From NCBI GenBank assembly GCA_964505185.1, contig CAZDGM010000001.1, positions 263,734-327,733 of the forward strand: a stretch of DNA of 64,000 bases, read 5' to 3'. Positions 28,627-39,066 of this stretch are shown one piece after another. The notes under the pieces were generated by a model. It ran no database searches, was not told where the DNA came from, and saw only the letters and a program-made list of their open reading frames with translations. This DNA is from an uncultured Thermodesulfobacteriota bacterium. Its GTDB lineage: Bacteria > Desulfobacterota > JBBIRW01. Every line of letters begins with the position of its first letter. The stretch's first letter is position 1. Position numbers and translations under genes: made by a program.

Positions 28627-29109
28627 ATGCCTGCCTTTCTTCAGATCGATCCTTCAAGATGCACCGCTTGCAGGCTCTGTGAACTTGCCTGCTCCTTTGA
28701 AAAATTTCGTGAATTCAACCCTGAAAAATCATGTATCAGGGAGGTTGTACTCCTTGAGGAGGCATTTTACATACCTGTGGTATGCTACCAGTGCGATGAG
28801 GCCTGGTGTATGAAAGTATGCCCATCTGTTGCTCTAACAAGAAATCGTGAACTGGGTATTATTGAATTAAATGAAACAAGATGCACGGGATGCAGGATGT
28901 GCACCATGGCGTGTCCTTTTGGCGTTATGTTTTATTCCGCCGAGAAGGGGAAGGTATTCAAATGCGATCTCTGCAGGGGCAATCCTGCCTGCGCAAGGAT
29001 ATGTCCTACAAAGGCTATTGAATACAGGGAAGAAGATCTAACACTTCAGCGAAAGAGGAAGATTTACAGCATGAAACTCATGGATGCATACAGGGAGGTG
29101 CAGAGATGA
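28627..29109 (+). CDS. aorA: Poly-4Fe-4S ferredoxin-like electron-transfer subunit of aldehyde oxidoreductase (AorA-like)
   Basis: Four CxxCxxCxxxCP-type clusters. The stop overlaps the AOR start. Confidence 0.75.
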   Translation: MPAFLQIDPSRCTACRLCELACSFEKFREFNPEKSCIREVVLLEEAFYIPVVCYQCDEAWCMKVCPSVALTRNRELGIIELNETRCTGCRMCTMACPFGVMFYSAEKGKVFKCDLCRGNPACARICPTKAIEYREEDLTLQRKRKIYSMKLMDAYREVQR

Positions 29110-30911
29110 GGGGTTATGCAGGAAGGATTTTAAGGGTTGATCTTTCCAGCGGAGATATAAGAGAGGAGGAGATAAATTATGATGTTGCGAGGAAATTTAT
29201 TGGGGGAAGGGGTTTTGGAAGTAAGCTACTTTTTGATGAGATAGATCCAGCGATTGATCCGTTTGATGAAAGAAACAAACTCATTATGGTTACGGGACCC
29301 CTTACAGCTACCTTTGCTCCCACTGGTGGAAGATATATGGTTGTTACAAAATCACCGCTGACGGGAACAGTTGCATGCTCAAATTCGGGTGGCTACTTTG
29401 GTCCAGAATTAAAGTTTGCAGGCTATGATGCTTTGATCGTGGAGGGGAAATCGCGGAGTCCTGTTTATTTATGGATAAAGAATGGAAAGGTTGAGATAAG
29501 AAATGCGGAAAAATTGAGTATGAAGAGCACACATCAAACAGAGGATATCATCAGAGATGAGACGGATCCTGATGCAAAGATAGCAAGTATCGGTCCTGCA
29601 GGTGAAAAACTTGTGAGGCTCTCGTGCATAATAAACGATAAACACAGAGCTGCAGGCAGATCCGGTGTTGGTGCTGTTATGGGGTCAAAGAACTTGAAGG
29701 CGATTGCAGTGAGGGGATCACGCGGAATAAGGGTATTTGATCCTGATGGATTTATACAGGCTGTAAAGGCAGCAAATGAAAAGATATACTCATCGGCTGT
29801 TACATCAAAAGGGCTTCCTGCATATGGAACTGCAATACTTGTTAATATAATTAATGAGTGCGGGCTCTTTCCAACAAATAACTTTCAAAGAGGTGTTTTT
29901 GAATATGCATCAAAAATAAGCGGTGAAACTATGGCAGAGACTATTCTCATCAGAAACAAGGCATGCTTTGCATGCAGCATAGGGTGTGGGAGGATAACTG
30001 AAGTAAAAACTGATGGTCATAAGGTGAAGGGTGAGGGACCCGAGTATGAAAACATATTCGGTCTTGGATCGTGTGTTGGTGTATCTGATCTTGAAGCAAT
30101 TGCAAAGGGTAACTATCTGTGTAATGAACTGGGACTTGATCCAATATCTGCAGGTGCAACAATAGCATGCGCAATGGAACTATTTGAGAAAGGACATATT
30201 GATGAAAAGACAACAGGTCTTCCGCTGAGATTTGGTGATGCAGATCTTCTGATAAATCTTATAAAGATGATAGGAAAGAGGGAGGGTTTTGGCGATATCC
30301 TTGCTGAGGGCTCATACAGAATGGCAGAGCGCTTTGGATATCCTGAGTTATCCATAACAGTAAAACGACAGGAACTTGCTGCATATGATCCAAGGGGAGC
30401 GAAAGGGATGGGTCTCGGATATGCAACTGCAAACAGGGGAGCATGCCATCTCAGAAGCTATACGATTTCACCGGAAATACTTGGCCTTCCGGAGAAGCTT
30501 GATCCCTTTGCAATCGAGGGGAAGCATAACTGGGTAAAGGGATTTCAGGATTTTACATCCGTTGTGGATTCAACAGGTCTTTGCATTTTTAGCACATTTG
30601 CAATAGGGCAGAAGGAGATACTGAATCTTCTCAATACAGCAACAGGATTTAACTATACATCTGAGGAGATTTCAATTATTGGGGAGAGGATTTGGAATCT
30701 TGAAAGGTTGTTTAACATCCGATGTGGATTCAGCAGGAAGGACGATACCCTTCCATCCAGATTCTTGATGGAACCACTCCCTTCAGGCGCAGCTAAGGGG
30801 CAGGTTGTTGAGCTTGATCCCATGCTCGATAAGTATTATGAAATAAGGGGGTGGGATGAGAACGGTATTCCCAAGCAAGAAACATTAAGGAGGCTTGGTC
30901 TGAGTGGATGA
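29106..30911 (+). CDS. aorB: Tungsten-containing aldehyde:ferredoxin oxidoreductase (AOR family) catalytic subunit
   Basis: AOR N-domain (GYAGRILRVDLS...GGRG...TGPLT). AOR C-domain with the Fe-S/pterin region CFACSIGCGR. 601 aa. Confidence 0.85.
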   Translation: MRGYAGRILRVDLSSGDIREEEINYDVARKFIGGRGFGSKLLFDEIDPAIDPFDERNKLIMVTGPLTATFAPTGGRYMVVTKSPLTGTVACSNSGGYFGPELKFAGYDALIVEGKSRSPVYLWIKNGKVEIRNAEKLSMKSTHQTEDIIRDETDPDAKIASIGPAGEKLVRLSCIINDKHRAAGRSGVGAVMGSKNLKAIAVRGSRGIRVFDPDGFIQAVKAANEKIYSSAVTSKGLPAYGTAILVNIINECGLFPTNNFQRGVFEYASKISGETMAETILIRNKACFACSIGCGRITEVKTDGHKVKGEGPEYENIFGLGSCVGVSDLEAIAKGNYLCNELGLDPISAGATIACAMELFEKGHIDEKTTGLPLRFGDADLLINLIKMIGKREGFGDILAEGSYRMAERFGYPELSITVKRQELAAYDPRGAKGMGLGYATANRGACHLRSYTISPEILGLPEKLDPFAIEGKHNWVKGFQDFTSVVDSTGLCIFSTFAIGQKEILNLLNTATGFNYTSEEISIIGERIWNLERLFNIRCGFSRKDDTLPSRFLMEPLPSGAAKGQVVELDPMLDKYYEIRGWDENGIPKQETLRRLGLSG

Positions 30912-32158
30912 AGGGTGCAAAAAGGGTTGTTATTATCGGTCAGAGCGCAGCAGGGTTAAGTGCCCTTGAGAGCTTCAGACTCCATGATAAACATTCCGAA
31001 GTAATACTTATCTCAAAGGAAAAATGGCCACCATATACAAGGGTTTTTCTCCACTACTTCCTTGATGGTTCTATATCTGAGGATGTGCTTTATATAAGGG
31101 ATAGATCCTATTTCAAAGATCAGAAAGTAAAATACATAAATGGAAAAGTTCTCTTGATCGATCCTTTGCGATCAAAAATTTTCCTTGACAGCAGCAGAGA
31201 AATCTCATTTGACCAGCTACTCATTACAACAGGAGCTTCTCCCATCATCCCAGATATACCAGGTATCAGTGGAAAAGATGTATTTACGTTCTGGACTCTT
31301 GATGATTTAAAGAGGATAAAAAGGAGGATTGGAAGGATAAACAGTGTTGCGATTATCGGTGGTGGACTTATTGGTATCCAGGCGATGCAGGCATTTATTA
31401 ATCAAGGGAAGGAGGTTTATATTATTGAGGCAACAGAACAGCTACTTTCAAGAATCGCTGACAGAAGGCTTTCCCATATGATCGAGGATTTCCTGAAGGG
31501 CAGTGGTGTTCACTTAAGAAAAAAAGAAAGGGTTATGGAAATAAAGAGAAAAGGAAGGAAAAACATAGTGATTCTTTCAGGTGGTGATGAAATTGTTGTT
31601 GATGCAGTTATTGTTGCTATTGGTGCAAAACCGAATTTTCCCAAATTCACAGGAGAGAAAGTTCAAACAAGAACGGGAATAGTTGTTGATGAGAGGATGA
31701 GGAGCAGCATTAATAACATATTTGCAGCAGGGGATGTTGCTGAATCAACTGATATGATAACAGGCAGGAAGGAGGTTCACGGGCTATGGAGTATCGCAGT
31801 GGAACAGGGAAAGATTGCAGGTGAAAATATGGCCGGTAAGGATTCTTTATATGAAGGAGCACTCCCCTGGAATACACTTAAGGTCTTTAAGCTTGAGGTA
31901 GCATCCTTTGGATATATTGAAGATGGAGAATATGATTCCAGGGTTTATGAAAACAGGGATGAGCTCATTTACAGGAAGCTCATTTTCAGAGATGACAGGA
32001 TTATCGGTGGCTTATTCTTGAATGCGTCCTCAGATGCGGGTATTTTATATACACTATCAAAGAGGGGTATAGGTGTAGGTATCTGGAAGGAGGTCCTTCA
32101 CAGATCCAACTTCAATTATGGGAAAATTTTGAATGCCTCTATGAAATTATTAATTTAG
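30908..32158 (+). CDS. aorC: FAD/NAD(P)-binding pyridine nucleotide-disulfide oxidoreductase (AorC-like subunit)
   Basis: VVIIGQSAAGLSA and VAIIGGGLIGIQA Rossmann motifs. AAGDVAE. Translationally coupled to aorB. Confidence 0.7.
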   Translation: MKGAKRVVIIGQSAAGLSALESFRLHDKHSEVILISKEKWPPYTRVFLHYFLDGSISEDVLYIRDRSYFKDQKVKYINGKVLLIDPLRSKIFLDSSREISFDQLLITTGASPIIPDIPGISGKDVFTFWTLDDLKRIKRRIGRINSVAIIGGGLIGIQAMQAFINQGKEVYIIEATEQLLSRIADRRLSHMIEDFLKGSGVHLRKKERVMEIKRKGRKNIVILSGGDEIVVDAVIVAIGAKPNFPKFTGEKVQTRTGIVVDERMRSSINNIFAAGDVAESTDMITGRKEVHGLWSIAVEQGKIAGENMAGKDSLYEGALPWNTLKVFKLEVASFGYIEDGEYDSRVYENRDELIYRKLIFRDDRIIGGLFLNASSDAGILYTLSKRGIGVGIWKEVLHRSNFNYGKILNASMKLLI

Positions 32159-32167
32159 GGGGTCGAT

Positions 32168-34159
32168 ATGAGCAGACATGAGCTTGATTGCATTTTCAGA
32201 CCTGATTGTATTGCAGTAGTTGGTGCATCCAATAATCCGGAAAAATTCGGATACAAGATTTTTAAAAACATACTCGATGCAGGTTTTCAAGGGGAGGTTT
32301 TTCCGGTAAACCCGAAAGGTGAGGAGATACTTGGAAGAAGAAGCCTGCGGTCTGTTGATGAACTGCCGGAGGGTGTTGATCTTGCTGTTATTATAATTCC
32401 GGCAAAGTCTGTTCCTGATGCGATTTTGCGCTGTGGAAAAAGAGGTGTAAAGGCATCAATCATCATAACAGGTGGATTCAGCGAGGCAGGAAGGGAAGGG
32501 GAGATTCTGCAGCAGGAAGTGTTGAGGAACGCACGCGATTTTGGGATAAGGCTGATTGGTCCGAACTGTCAGGGTGTTAATTACCCATACCATCACCTTT
32601 GTGCATCCTGGCCATTGATAACGCTGAAAGGTGATATTGCAATCATTTCACAGAGCGGAACTGTTGGTGCAGCACTTATCGACTGGGCATCCCAGGAAAA
32701 ACTGGGTTTTTCTGCATTTGTAAGTATGGGAAACAGGGCGGATGTTGATGAATCGGATCTTATAGAATATTTCTCTCAGGATACAAACACAAAAGTGATA
32801 GCACTGTATATTGAAGGTATTAAAGATGCAGGGAAATTTTTCCGTGTGATGAAGAACTGTAGAAAACCTGTTGTTATATTAAAATCTGGAAGGACAGAAA
32901 GAGGAATTATAGCGGCAGAATCGCATACAAAATCGCTTGCTGGAAGGGATGAGGTTTACGATGCATTATTCAAGAAGTTTGGTATACACAGGGCGTTGGA
33001 TCTTGAGGAGCTTTACGATATCTCCAAGGCACTTGCCTATGTTAAGAAGCCAGCAGGAAGAAGGATGCTTATTGTTACAAGCTCCGGGGGTTCAGGCATA
33101 ATAGCGACTGACACTGCTGAAGAGTGTGGATTTGATGTAGCTCCTCTTCCAGAGGAACTGGAGAAGAAATTGAGGGAGATGCTTCCTCCACACTTTATCA
33201 TATCAAATCCACTGGATCTTACAGGTGATGCTGATGCTCAAACATACAAAAGAGTGATCCAGGAGGCAGGTCCATATTACGACATTGTTACCATTGTTTT
33301 TGGTGACCCCATAGAGAATGCGTCATCTGTTGTAAACAGGGATCGTTGCGAGCTTGTGATATTCCTCGGAGGAGCTGATGTGGAAAGAAGGGAGAAGGAG
33401 ATCATGCACATGAGCAAGATTGCTGTGTTTCCAACACCTGAGAGAGGGATAAAGGCAGCATCACATCATTTATCAACGAGGAAAAAGACGATCACGATTC
33501 CAAAGGTTACTCCCACAGGAAAGGGGAAAAGGCTTCTTTCACCGTATGAGGCACTTCAATTTCTCTCATCAAGGGGTATTATTACTGCAAAAAGCTTTAA
33601 GACAAACACTCTGGAAGATGCATTATCCTTTGCATCAAATGTTGGTTATCCTGTTGTATTGAAGATAAATTCAAAATCAGTCAGTCATAAGAGTGATGTT
33701 GGAGGAGTTATTCTTGATATAAGGGACGAGATTGCTCTAAGAAGTGGCTTTTCAAAACTGATCTCACTTGGCTTGGAAACGGATGGTTTACTCATATCGG
33801 AGATGGTGAAATCTGACATCGAGGTAATAGTAGGTGCCTTCAGAGATCTGCAGTTTGGGCCTGTTGCGATGTTTGGTCTGGGTGGCATAATGGTTGAGGT
33901 GATACGCGATGTTTCATTCAGGATTGCGCCTCTGAGTGAAAGGGATGCACTCGAAATGATCGATGAGATTAAGGGATCAAGGGTTCTACATGATTTTAGA
34001 GGGAAGGGGATGAGGGATAAAGGGGCATTAGCTAATCTTATTGTTGATATTTCGAAGATCATGATGGAGGATCAATCCATTGATGAGATAGATCTGAACC
34101 CTGTGGCATCATTTGAAAAGGGATATAAAGTGCTTGATGCAAGGATTGTAATGAGTTAG
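32168..34159 (+). CDS. acd: Acetyl-/acyl-CoA synthetase (ADP-forming), fused alpha-beta (CoA-binding + ligase-CoA + ATP-grasp)
   Basis: PDCIAVVGASNNPEKFGYKIF (CoA-binding). Central succinyl-CoA-synthetase-like fold. C-terminal ATP-grasp (GYPVVLKI...). Confidence 0.8.
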   Translation: MSRHELDCIFRPDCIAVVGASNNPEKFGYKIFKNILDAGFQGEVFPVNPKGEEILGRRSLRSVDELPEGVDLAVIIIPAKSVPDAILRCGKRGVKASIIITGGFSEAGREGEILQQEVLRNARDFGIRLIGPNCQGVNYPYHHLCASWPLITLKGDIAIISQSGTVGAALIDWASQEKLGFSAFVSMGNRADVDESDLIEYFSQDTNTKVIALYIEGIKDAGKFFRVMKNCRKPVVILKSGRTERGIIAAESHTKSLAGRDEVYDALFKKFGIHRALDLEELYDISKALAYVKKPAGRRMLIVTSSGGSGIIATDTAEECGFDVAPLPEELEKKLREMLPPHFIISNPLDLTGDADAQTYKRVIQEAGPYYDIVTIVFGDPIENASSVVNRDRCELVIFLGGADVERREKEIMHMSKIAVFPTPERGIKAASHHLSTRKKTITIPKVTPTGKGKRLLSPYEALQFLSSRGIITAKSFKTNTLEDALSFASNVGYPVVLKINSKSVSHKSDVGGVILDIRDEIALRSGFSKLISLGLETDGLLISEMVKSDIEVIVGAFRDLQFGPVAMFGLGGIMVEVIRDVSFRIAPLSERDALEMIDEIKGSRVLHDFRGKGMRDKGALANLIVDISKIMMEDQSIDEIDLNPVASFEKGYKVLDARIVMS

Positions 34160-34161
34160 AT

Positions 34162-35154
34162 ATGAAAGGGTGGAAGATTATTAAATGTGATAAGAAAACG
34201 TCCGCTCTCAAAAAATTTACATTTGGCTGCATGAAGGATCTTTATGCGATAAACATCACATCTGGATGTATCCATGATTGTATTTATTGTTATGCAAAAT
34301 CATATAGCAATTCACCTCCTCCATACTCAATCTATCTTTACAAGAATATACAAACAATGCTTGAAAAAGATCTGGATTCACTGACAAGAAGATCGCGCTC
34401 GATTTATGTTATCTTCAATACCGCCTCGGATTCCTTTCAGCCAGCAGCTGAAGTTCTTGAAATTACCTACAAGGCGATGCGTATCCTTATTGAAAGGGAT
34501 ATACCATTTTCCTTTCTAACAAAGGGCAATATACCTGAAGATTTTATCGACCTCTTTAGATTAAAGCCACATCTTATTCATGCCCGTATAGGAATTGTGA
34601 GCCTTTCCGATTATTATCATGATGTATTTGAGCCAAATACAGCAACGCCATACAAGAGGTTGAAGAATATAAGGATGCTAAAGGAAGCAGGTATCGATGT
34701 TGAGGTGAGGGTAGATCCGATTATTCCATCTGCAACCGACAGTTTTTTCGAAATAAAGAGACTCGTATCTGCCCTGAATGAGCATGGTGTAAGGAAGATT
34801 TCAATTAGCTGCCTTCATCTAAGGCCAAATATCATTTATGAGATGAGGAACAAACTGGGAAAGAGAGAGCTAAGCAGGATACTTTCATATTTTGTGAATG
34901 AGCCCTGGAGGGAGGTTTGCACTTCTAAAAAAACAAAGCTTGTTCCTTTTACAGAGAGGGCAAGTATATACGGGTTTATAAAGGACATTTCGTCGCATTC
35001 AGGGATTGAGGCACATATCTGTATCTGCAAAAATCCAGATTTTGATGGGGAGCCATGTAATGCTCTGCCGAAAAAATCTTTGATCACAGAAAAAGATCCA
35101 CTCCAGCCATTGTTACCTGGATTTTTTGACACCCACCTTCAGGCAGAATTGTGA
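34162..35154 (+). CDS. Radical SAM protein, SPL/SplB-like (second paralogue)
   Basis: ITSGCIHDCIYCYAKSY (CxxxCxxC). 330 aa. Starts 3 nt after the acd stop. Confidence 0.7.
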   Translation: MKGWKIIKCDKKTSALKKFTFGCMKDLYAINITSGCIHDCIYCYAKSYSNSPPPYSIYLYKNIQTMLEKDLDSLTRRSRSIYVIFNTASDSFQPAAEVLEITYKAMRILIERDIPFSFLTKGNIPEDFIDLFRLKPHLIHARIGIVSLSDYYHDVFEPNTATPYKRLKNIRMLKEAGIDVEVRVDPIIPSATDSFFEIKRLVSALNEHGVRKISISCLHLRPNIIYEMRNKLGKRELSRILSYFVNEPWREVCTSKKTKLVPFTERASIYGFIKDISSHSGIEAHICICKNPDFDGEPCNALPKKSLITEKDPLQPLLPGFFDTHLQAEL

Positions 35155-35775
35155 TATCTTGCAGATACTGCATAGTGGAATTACGGGTTTACAGATATGC
35201 TGACCGTAGCTTACAAGCAGACTGTTGAATTCTCTCCAGTATCTTTTAGGAAGCTTCTTTCTGAGCTCAAATTCTGTCTCTTCTGGATTTTTCGTTTTAA
35301 CATAGCCCCACCTGTTAACTATACGATGGACATGTGTATCGACGCATATGCCAAATTTATTATAACCAAGAGTGATTACAAGGTTGGCGGTTTTTCTTCC
35401 AACACCTTTAAGTTCCAGAAGATCGTTGAGGTTATCAGGAACCTTTCCATTGTATTTCTCAATAAGACTTTTACAGATCGATTTGATGAAGCGCGCTTTC
35501 TGGCGGTAAAATCCACAGGGATATATCGACTTTTCAATCTCCTCAATGGAAAGCAAGCTCATCTTGTATGGGTCTGATGCGAGCTGAAAGAGACGTGTTG
35601 AACAGTCACGGGTTATGTTATCTTTGGTTCGAAGAGAGAGGATACAGGAGATCAGGATCCTGAATGGATCCATTGAGCGGGCGACCATTGAGACAGCAGG
35701 TATTTGGAGATCTTCTGTTTCCTTTCTTATGATAGATATGATCCTGTTGATTTTCCATAATGATGATGCCTTCAT
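35113..35775 (-). CDS. nth: Endonuclease III (HhH-GPD DNA glycosylase with 4Fe-4S cluster)
   Basis: LLELKGVGRKTANLV (HhH-GPD). C-terminal CKPVIPLCSICKISQFC Fe-S cluster loop. Confidence 0.85.
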   Translation of the reverse strand: MKASSLWKINRIISIIRKETEDLQIPAVSMVARSMDPFRILISCILSLRTKDNITRDCSTRLFQLASDPYKMSLLSIEEIEKSIYPCGFYRQKARFIKSICKSLIEKYNGKVPDNLNDLLELKGVGRKTANLVITLGYNKFGICVDTHVHRIVNRWGYVKTKNPEETEFELRKKLPKRYWREFNSLLVSYGQHICKPVIPLCSICKISQFCLKVGVKKSR

Positions 35776-35816
35776 GTTTGTCAGTATTATATAATTAATT
35801 TTGAGGGGATTGAAGG

Positions 35817-37496
35817 ATGAATGGCGAGCTTGTAAGAATATCGCTTCTGGATGAGGATGGAGATTGTGAAGCTCTATTTATGGAAGTTCTGAAGGGGAAG
35901 GACTTTAAGCTTTCTGTCTCAGCCACACTGGATGAGGTCATTGAAGAGGTAGAAAAAGGGGGTGTTGATCTGCTTGTAATCGATTCCCCTAAAGGGACAG
36001 ACATGCTGAATGAACTTTATTTCAGGTTGATATCACTTCCACCCATTTCTCAAATCCCAATGCTCATGCTTTTAAATGAGGGTATAACCGATGAGACCAT
36101 CGAAAAGATTATCCAGCACGGAACTTCCGATTATTTGAAAAAGCCATTGAAACCTTATGAACTGTTATCAAAGATAAGGATACTCTCAAATCTCGCCCTG
36201 GAAAGGAAAAGATTATCGCAGTTTGAGAGAAAATACAGGCTTATCCTTGAGTCCATAAGGGAAGGCGTTTTTCTGAGCAGCAGGGATGGAAGGTTTATTG
36301 AATGCAATGATGCCCTTGCACGTATGCTTGGATATGAAAGTAAGGATGAATTGATGAAGGTAAATATTCCAAAGGATATATATGTGAATCCTGATGACAG
36401 AAAACTCTTCCAATATCTCATAGAGAAGAATGGTTTTGTTAATGACTTCAAAGTCAACTTCAAAAGAAAGGACGGAAGTATCATCACGGTTCTTATCTCG
36501 GGTCAGCTTGTAAGGGATGAGAAAGGCGAGATCATCGGTTATGAGGGTATAAACATAGGCCTGGATTCTGAAACCAACATGTGGGTGGAATCAAAAGAAA
36601 AAGGTGGAAGGGTAAGGAGGTTTCTTTTAAATATACTGAGCAATCTTATTCCCATCGAGAGGAATTTTATATGTATAAAAAGGATGTCAGAGCTTATCGC
36701 TGATAGGTACGAAAAGATTGAGAAACTTGGTGATGGGACTTTCTCGGAGATATGGAAGGCAAGGGATATTATGAATATGAACAGGGATGAATTTTGTGTG
36801 CTGAAGATACCGAAGAGCGAAAGATACAATAGAAGATTTTTAAAAGAGGCGTTGATATGCAAGAAACTTGAGCCACACAGAAATGCTGTATCAGTTAAGG
36901 ATATATTGAAGCACAATGAAAGGATAGTCATTGTTCAGGAGTTTGTCGATGGAATAACACTTAGTGATAAAATCAGGATTGGAATAAGTGAAGGTGATAA
37001 GAGGTTTTATATCAGTCAGCTTGTGGATATTGTTTCCCATGCCCACAGCAGAAATGTTGTTCATAGAGACATAAAGCCTGAGAATATACTGATAAGGAAT
37101 GATGGCATACTGAAGTTACTTGATTATGGAACAGCAAAGGAGCTACGGGATGAGGAGATAAGCAAAACCGTTATAGGGACAAGACCATATATGGCACCGG
37201 AACAGATACTGGGGAAAAGTGAAAAGAGGAGTGATATATGGGCCCTGGGGGTTATCATGTATCAGGTTCATACAGGGAGACTTCCATTTTATGATCCTGT
37301 TGAGAAAAACCTTATGGACAAAATCCTTGGAGAGGAACCCGAGAGACCCATAGTCATTGACCCGTCAATTGGAGAGGAGCTGGACAATATCATAATGAAG
37401 TGCTTAAGAAAGGATGTGAAGGAAAGATTTTCCAGTGGTGGCGAACTTAAGGAGGCATTGAAGTCCATATCTTACTATATAGAAAATCCATCCTAA
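35817..37496 (+). CDS. Hybrid signalling protein: receiver (REC) domain + PAS domain + Hanks-type Ser/Thr protein kinase
   Basis: REC: DLLVID (phospho-acceptor Asp) and DYLKKP. PAS: ILESIREGVFLSSRDGRFIECNDALARMLGY. Kinase: VHRDIKPENILI, DYGTAKE, TRPYMAPE. Confidence 0.8.
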   Translation: MNGELVRISLLDEDGDCEALFMEVLKGKDFKLSVSATLDEVIEEVEKGGVDLLVIDSPKGTDMLNELYFRLISLPPISQIPMLMLLNEGITDETIEKIIQHGTSDYLKKPLKPYELLSKIRILSNLALERKRLSQFERKYRLILESIREGVFLSSRDGRFIECNDALARMLGYESKDELMKVNIPKDIYVNPDDRKLFQYLIEKNGFVNDFKVNFKRKDGSIITVLISGQLVRDEKGEIIGYEGINIGLDSETNMWVESKEKGGRVRRFLLNILSNLIPIERNFICIKRMSELIADRYEKIEKLGDGTFSEIWKARDIMNMNRDEFCVLKIPKSERYNRRFLKEALICKKLEPHRNAVSVKDILKHNERIVIVQEFVDGITLSDKIRIGISEGDKRFYISQLVDIVSHAHSRNVVHRDIKPENILIRNDGILKLLDYGTAKELRDEEISKTVIGTRPYMAPEQILGKSEKRSDIWALGVIMYQVHTGRLPFYDPVEKNLMDKILGEEPERPIVIDPSIGEELDNIIMKCLRKDVKERFSSGGELKEALKSISYYIENPS

Positions 37497-38269
37497 TGAT
37501 CCATTGCCTCTATAAATCCCTTGATTTTCTCCATTCCAACCTCTACATCCTCCCTTGAATGGGCCTCAAGTGTGAGGATAGGTTTTGAAGGGAGTTTTGA
37601 GATAAGGGAGAAAAGGGTGTTGAAATCAATATTTCCACTTCCCGGTGCAAGATGTTCATCCCATTTTCCCCTGTTATCATGAAGATGAACCTCCATTATA
37701 AATTCGCCGAGATCATCAAACCACTTTCCAATAGGAATCTTGCCGAATATATGGAAATGTCCCACATCAAAACAATGCCCCATCTTTTTTGAACCGATCT
37801 CCTGGATAAGATTTTTTATAAGTGAGGTATCCTCCTCAAAGACATTTTCAAGTGCAATCGGGATATCTAACTTTTCTGCCTCACTGATAATCCTTTTCCA
37901 TGTTTTTTTACTACTCCTGAAGAACTCATCATAAAGACCCGCATACCTCCATTTCTCATAACCGGTGTGGACAACTATGAGTGCAGGATATAGATCCTTT
38001 GAGAGGTTCAGGACCTGAAGGATTCTTTTTTCCGATACCTTCCTTATTTTCTGGTCAAGGGCACCTGCCGAGAGGTCCATAAAGGGCGCATGGAAGGTGA
38101 TTGAAGGTTTATAATTAAGGGTGCTGATGATCTTCTGGAATTCTCCCCTTTTCATCTTATCGAGGGATCTTGCGTTAAAGGCGATCTCAAGATCAATTCT
38201 CATTTTCAATATGTTTTCCATATATGCTGTGAGCATATCAAAAGGGATGTGGACATGAATTTTATACAT
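37493..38269 (-). CDS. Sugar-phosphate isomerase/epimerase (xylose-isomerase-like TIM barrel)
   Basis: IALENV...GHCFDVGHFHIF metal-ligand pattern of the AP-endonuclease-2/xylose-isomerase TIM barrel fold. Confidence 0.55.
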   Translation of the reverse strand: MYKIHVHIPFDMLTAYMENILKMRIDLEIAFNARSLDKMKRGEFQKIISTLNYKPSITFHAPFMDLSAGALDQKIRKVSEKRILQVLNLSKDLYPALIVVHTGYEKWRYAGLYDEFFRSSKKTWKRIISEAEKLDIPIALENVFEEDTSLIKNLIQEIGSKKMGHCFDVGHFHIFGKIPIGKWFDDLGEFIMEVHLHDNRGKWDEHLAPGSGNIDFNTLFSLISKLPSKPILTLEAHSREDVEVGMEKIKGFIEAMDH

Positions 38270-38367
38270 CTTTTTTCCTCAGGGTTAAATGAAAAAAATA
38301 TTGAAGCAAAAAAAATCATAATGTAAAAAGAAAGGACATTCAAACAATTTTAAACTGAGGGTATTTC

Positions 38368-39066
38368 ATGCTTAGGGCGATCATATTTGACTTTGATGGG
38401 GTGATTGCTGATACAGAGGCACTACATTTGAGGGCATTCCAGAAGACATTGAGACAGGAGGGTATTGAGCTTACAGAAAAGGAATATTATGAAAAATACC
38501 TTGCCCTTGATGATAAGGGATGTTTCAGGGAGGTTTTCCTATCACATGGAAGGGAAATTAGCGGAGAGAAGATCAGGGAGCTTATAGAGAGAAAAAGCTT
38601 ATACTATGAGGAGGTAATGAGGGAAGGTGTGAGATTTTATGAAGGATCGATCGATTTTATTAAAGATGCCTCACGGAAATTTCCGCTTGCAATTGCATCA
38701 GGTGCAATGAAAAAGGAGATAGTCTTTTTATTGGAAAAGGGTGGTATTAAGGATTGTTTCTCCGTTATCGTTTCTGCTGATGATGTAGAAAAGGGAAAAC
38801 CCGATCCTGAATCTTATATAAAGGCACTTGATCAGCTCAATAAAATGTTAAAATTAAACCCACCCATTATTCCTTCAGAGTGTGTTGTTATAGAGGATTC
38901 AATTCATGGGATAAAGGCTGCAACAGAGGCCGGTATGTTCTGTATAGCTGTTACAAATTCCTACGCCAGGGAGAGGCTTGAGAAACTCTCCCCTCTTATT
39001 ATCCTGGATTCACTAAGAGAGATAGACCTTTCCCAGCTTGAAAGGATTATTTTAGGGTTAGAGTAG
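38368..39066 (+). CDS. HAD-superfamily hydrolase (beta-phosphoglucomutase-like subfamily)
   Basis: IIFDFDGVIADTE (motif I DxDG), a S/T motif II, and K...D motif III/IV. Confidence 0.8.
   Translation: MLRAIIFDFDGVIADTEALHLRAFQKTLRQEGIELTEKEYYEKYLALDDKGCFREVFLSHGREISGEKIRELIERKSLYYEEVMREGVRFYEGSIDFIKDASRKFPLAIASGAMKKEIVFLLEKGGIKDCFSVIVSADDVEKGKPDPESYIKALDQLNKMLKLNPPIIPSECVVIEDSIHGIKAATEAGMFCIAVTNSYARERLEKLSPLIILDSLREIDLSQLERIILGLE

Noticed and set aside
33685-34062. 125-aa minus-strand ORF inside acd
   Set aside because: It is antisense to the acd ATP-grasp domain, has low complexity (Ser/Ile-rich) and no RBS.
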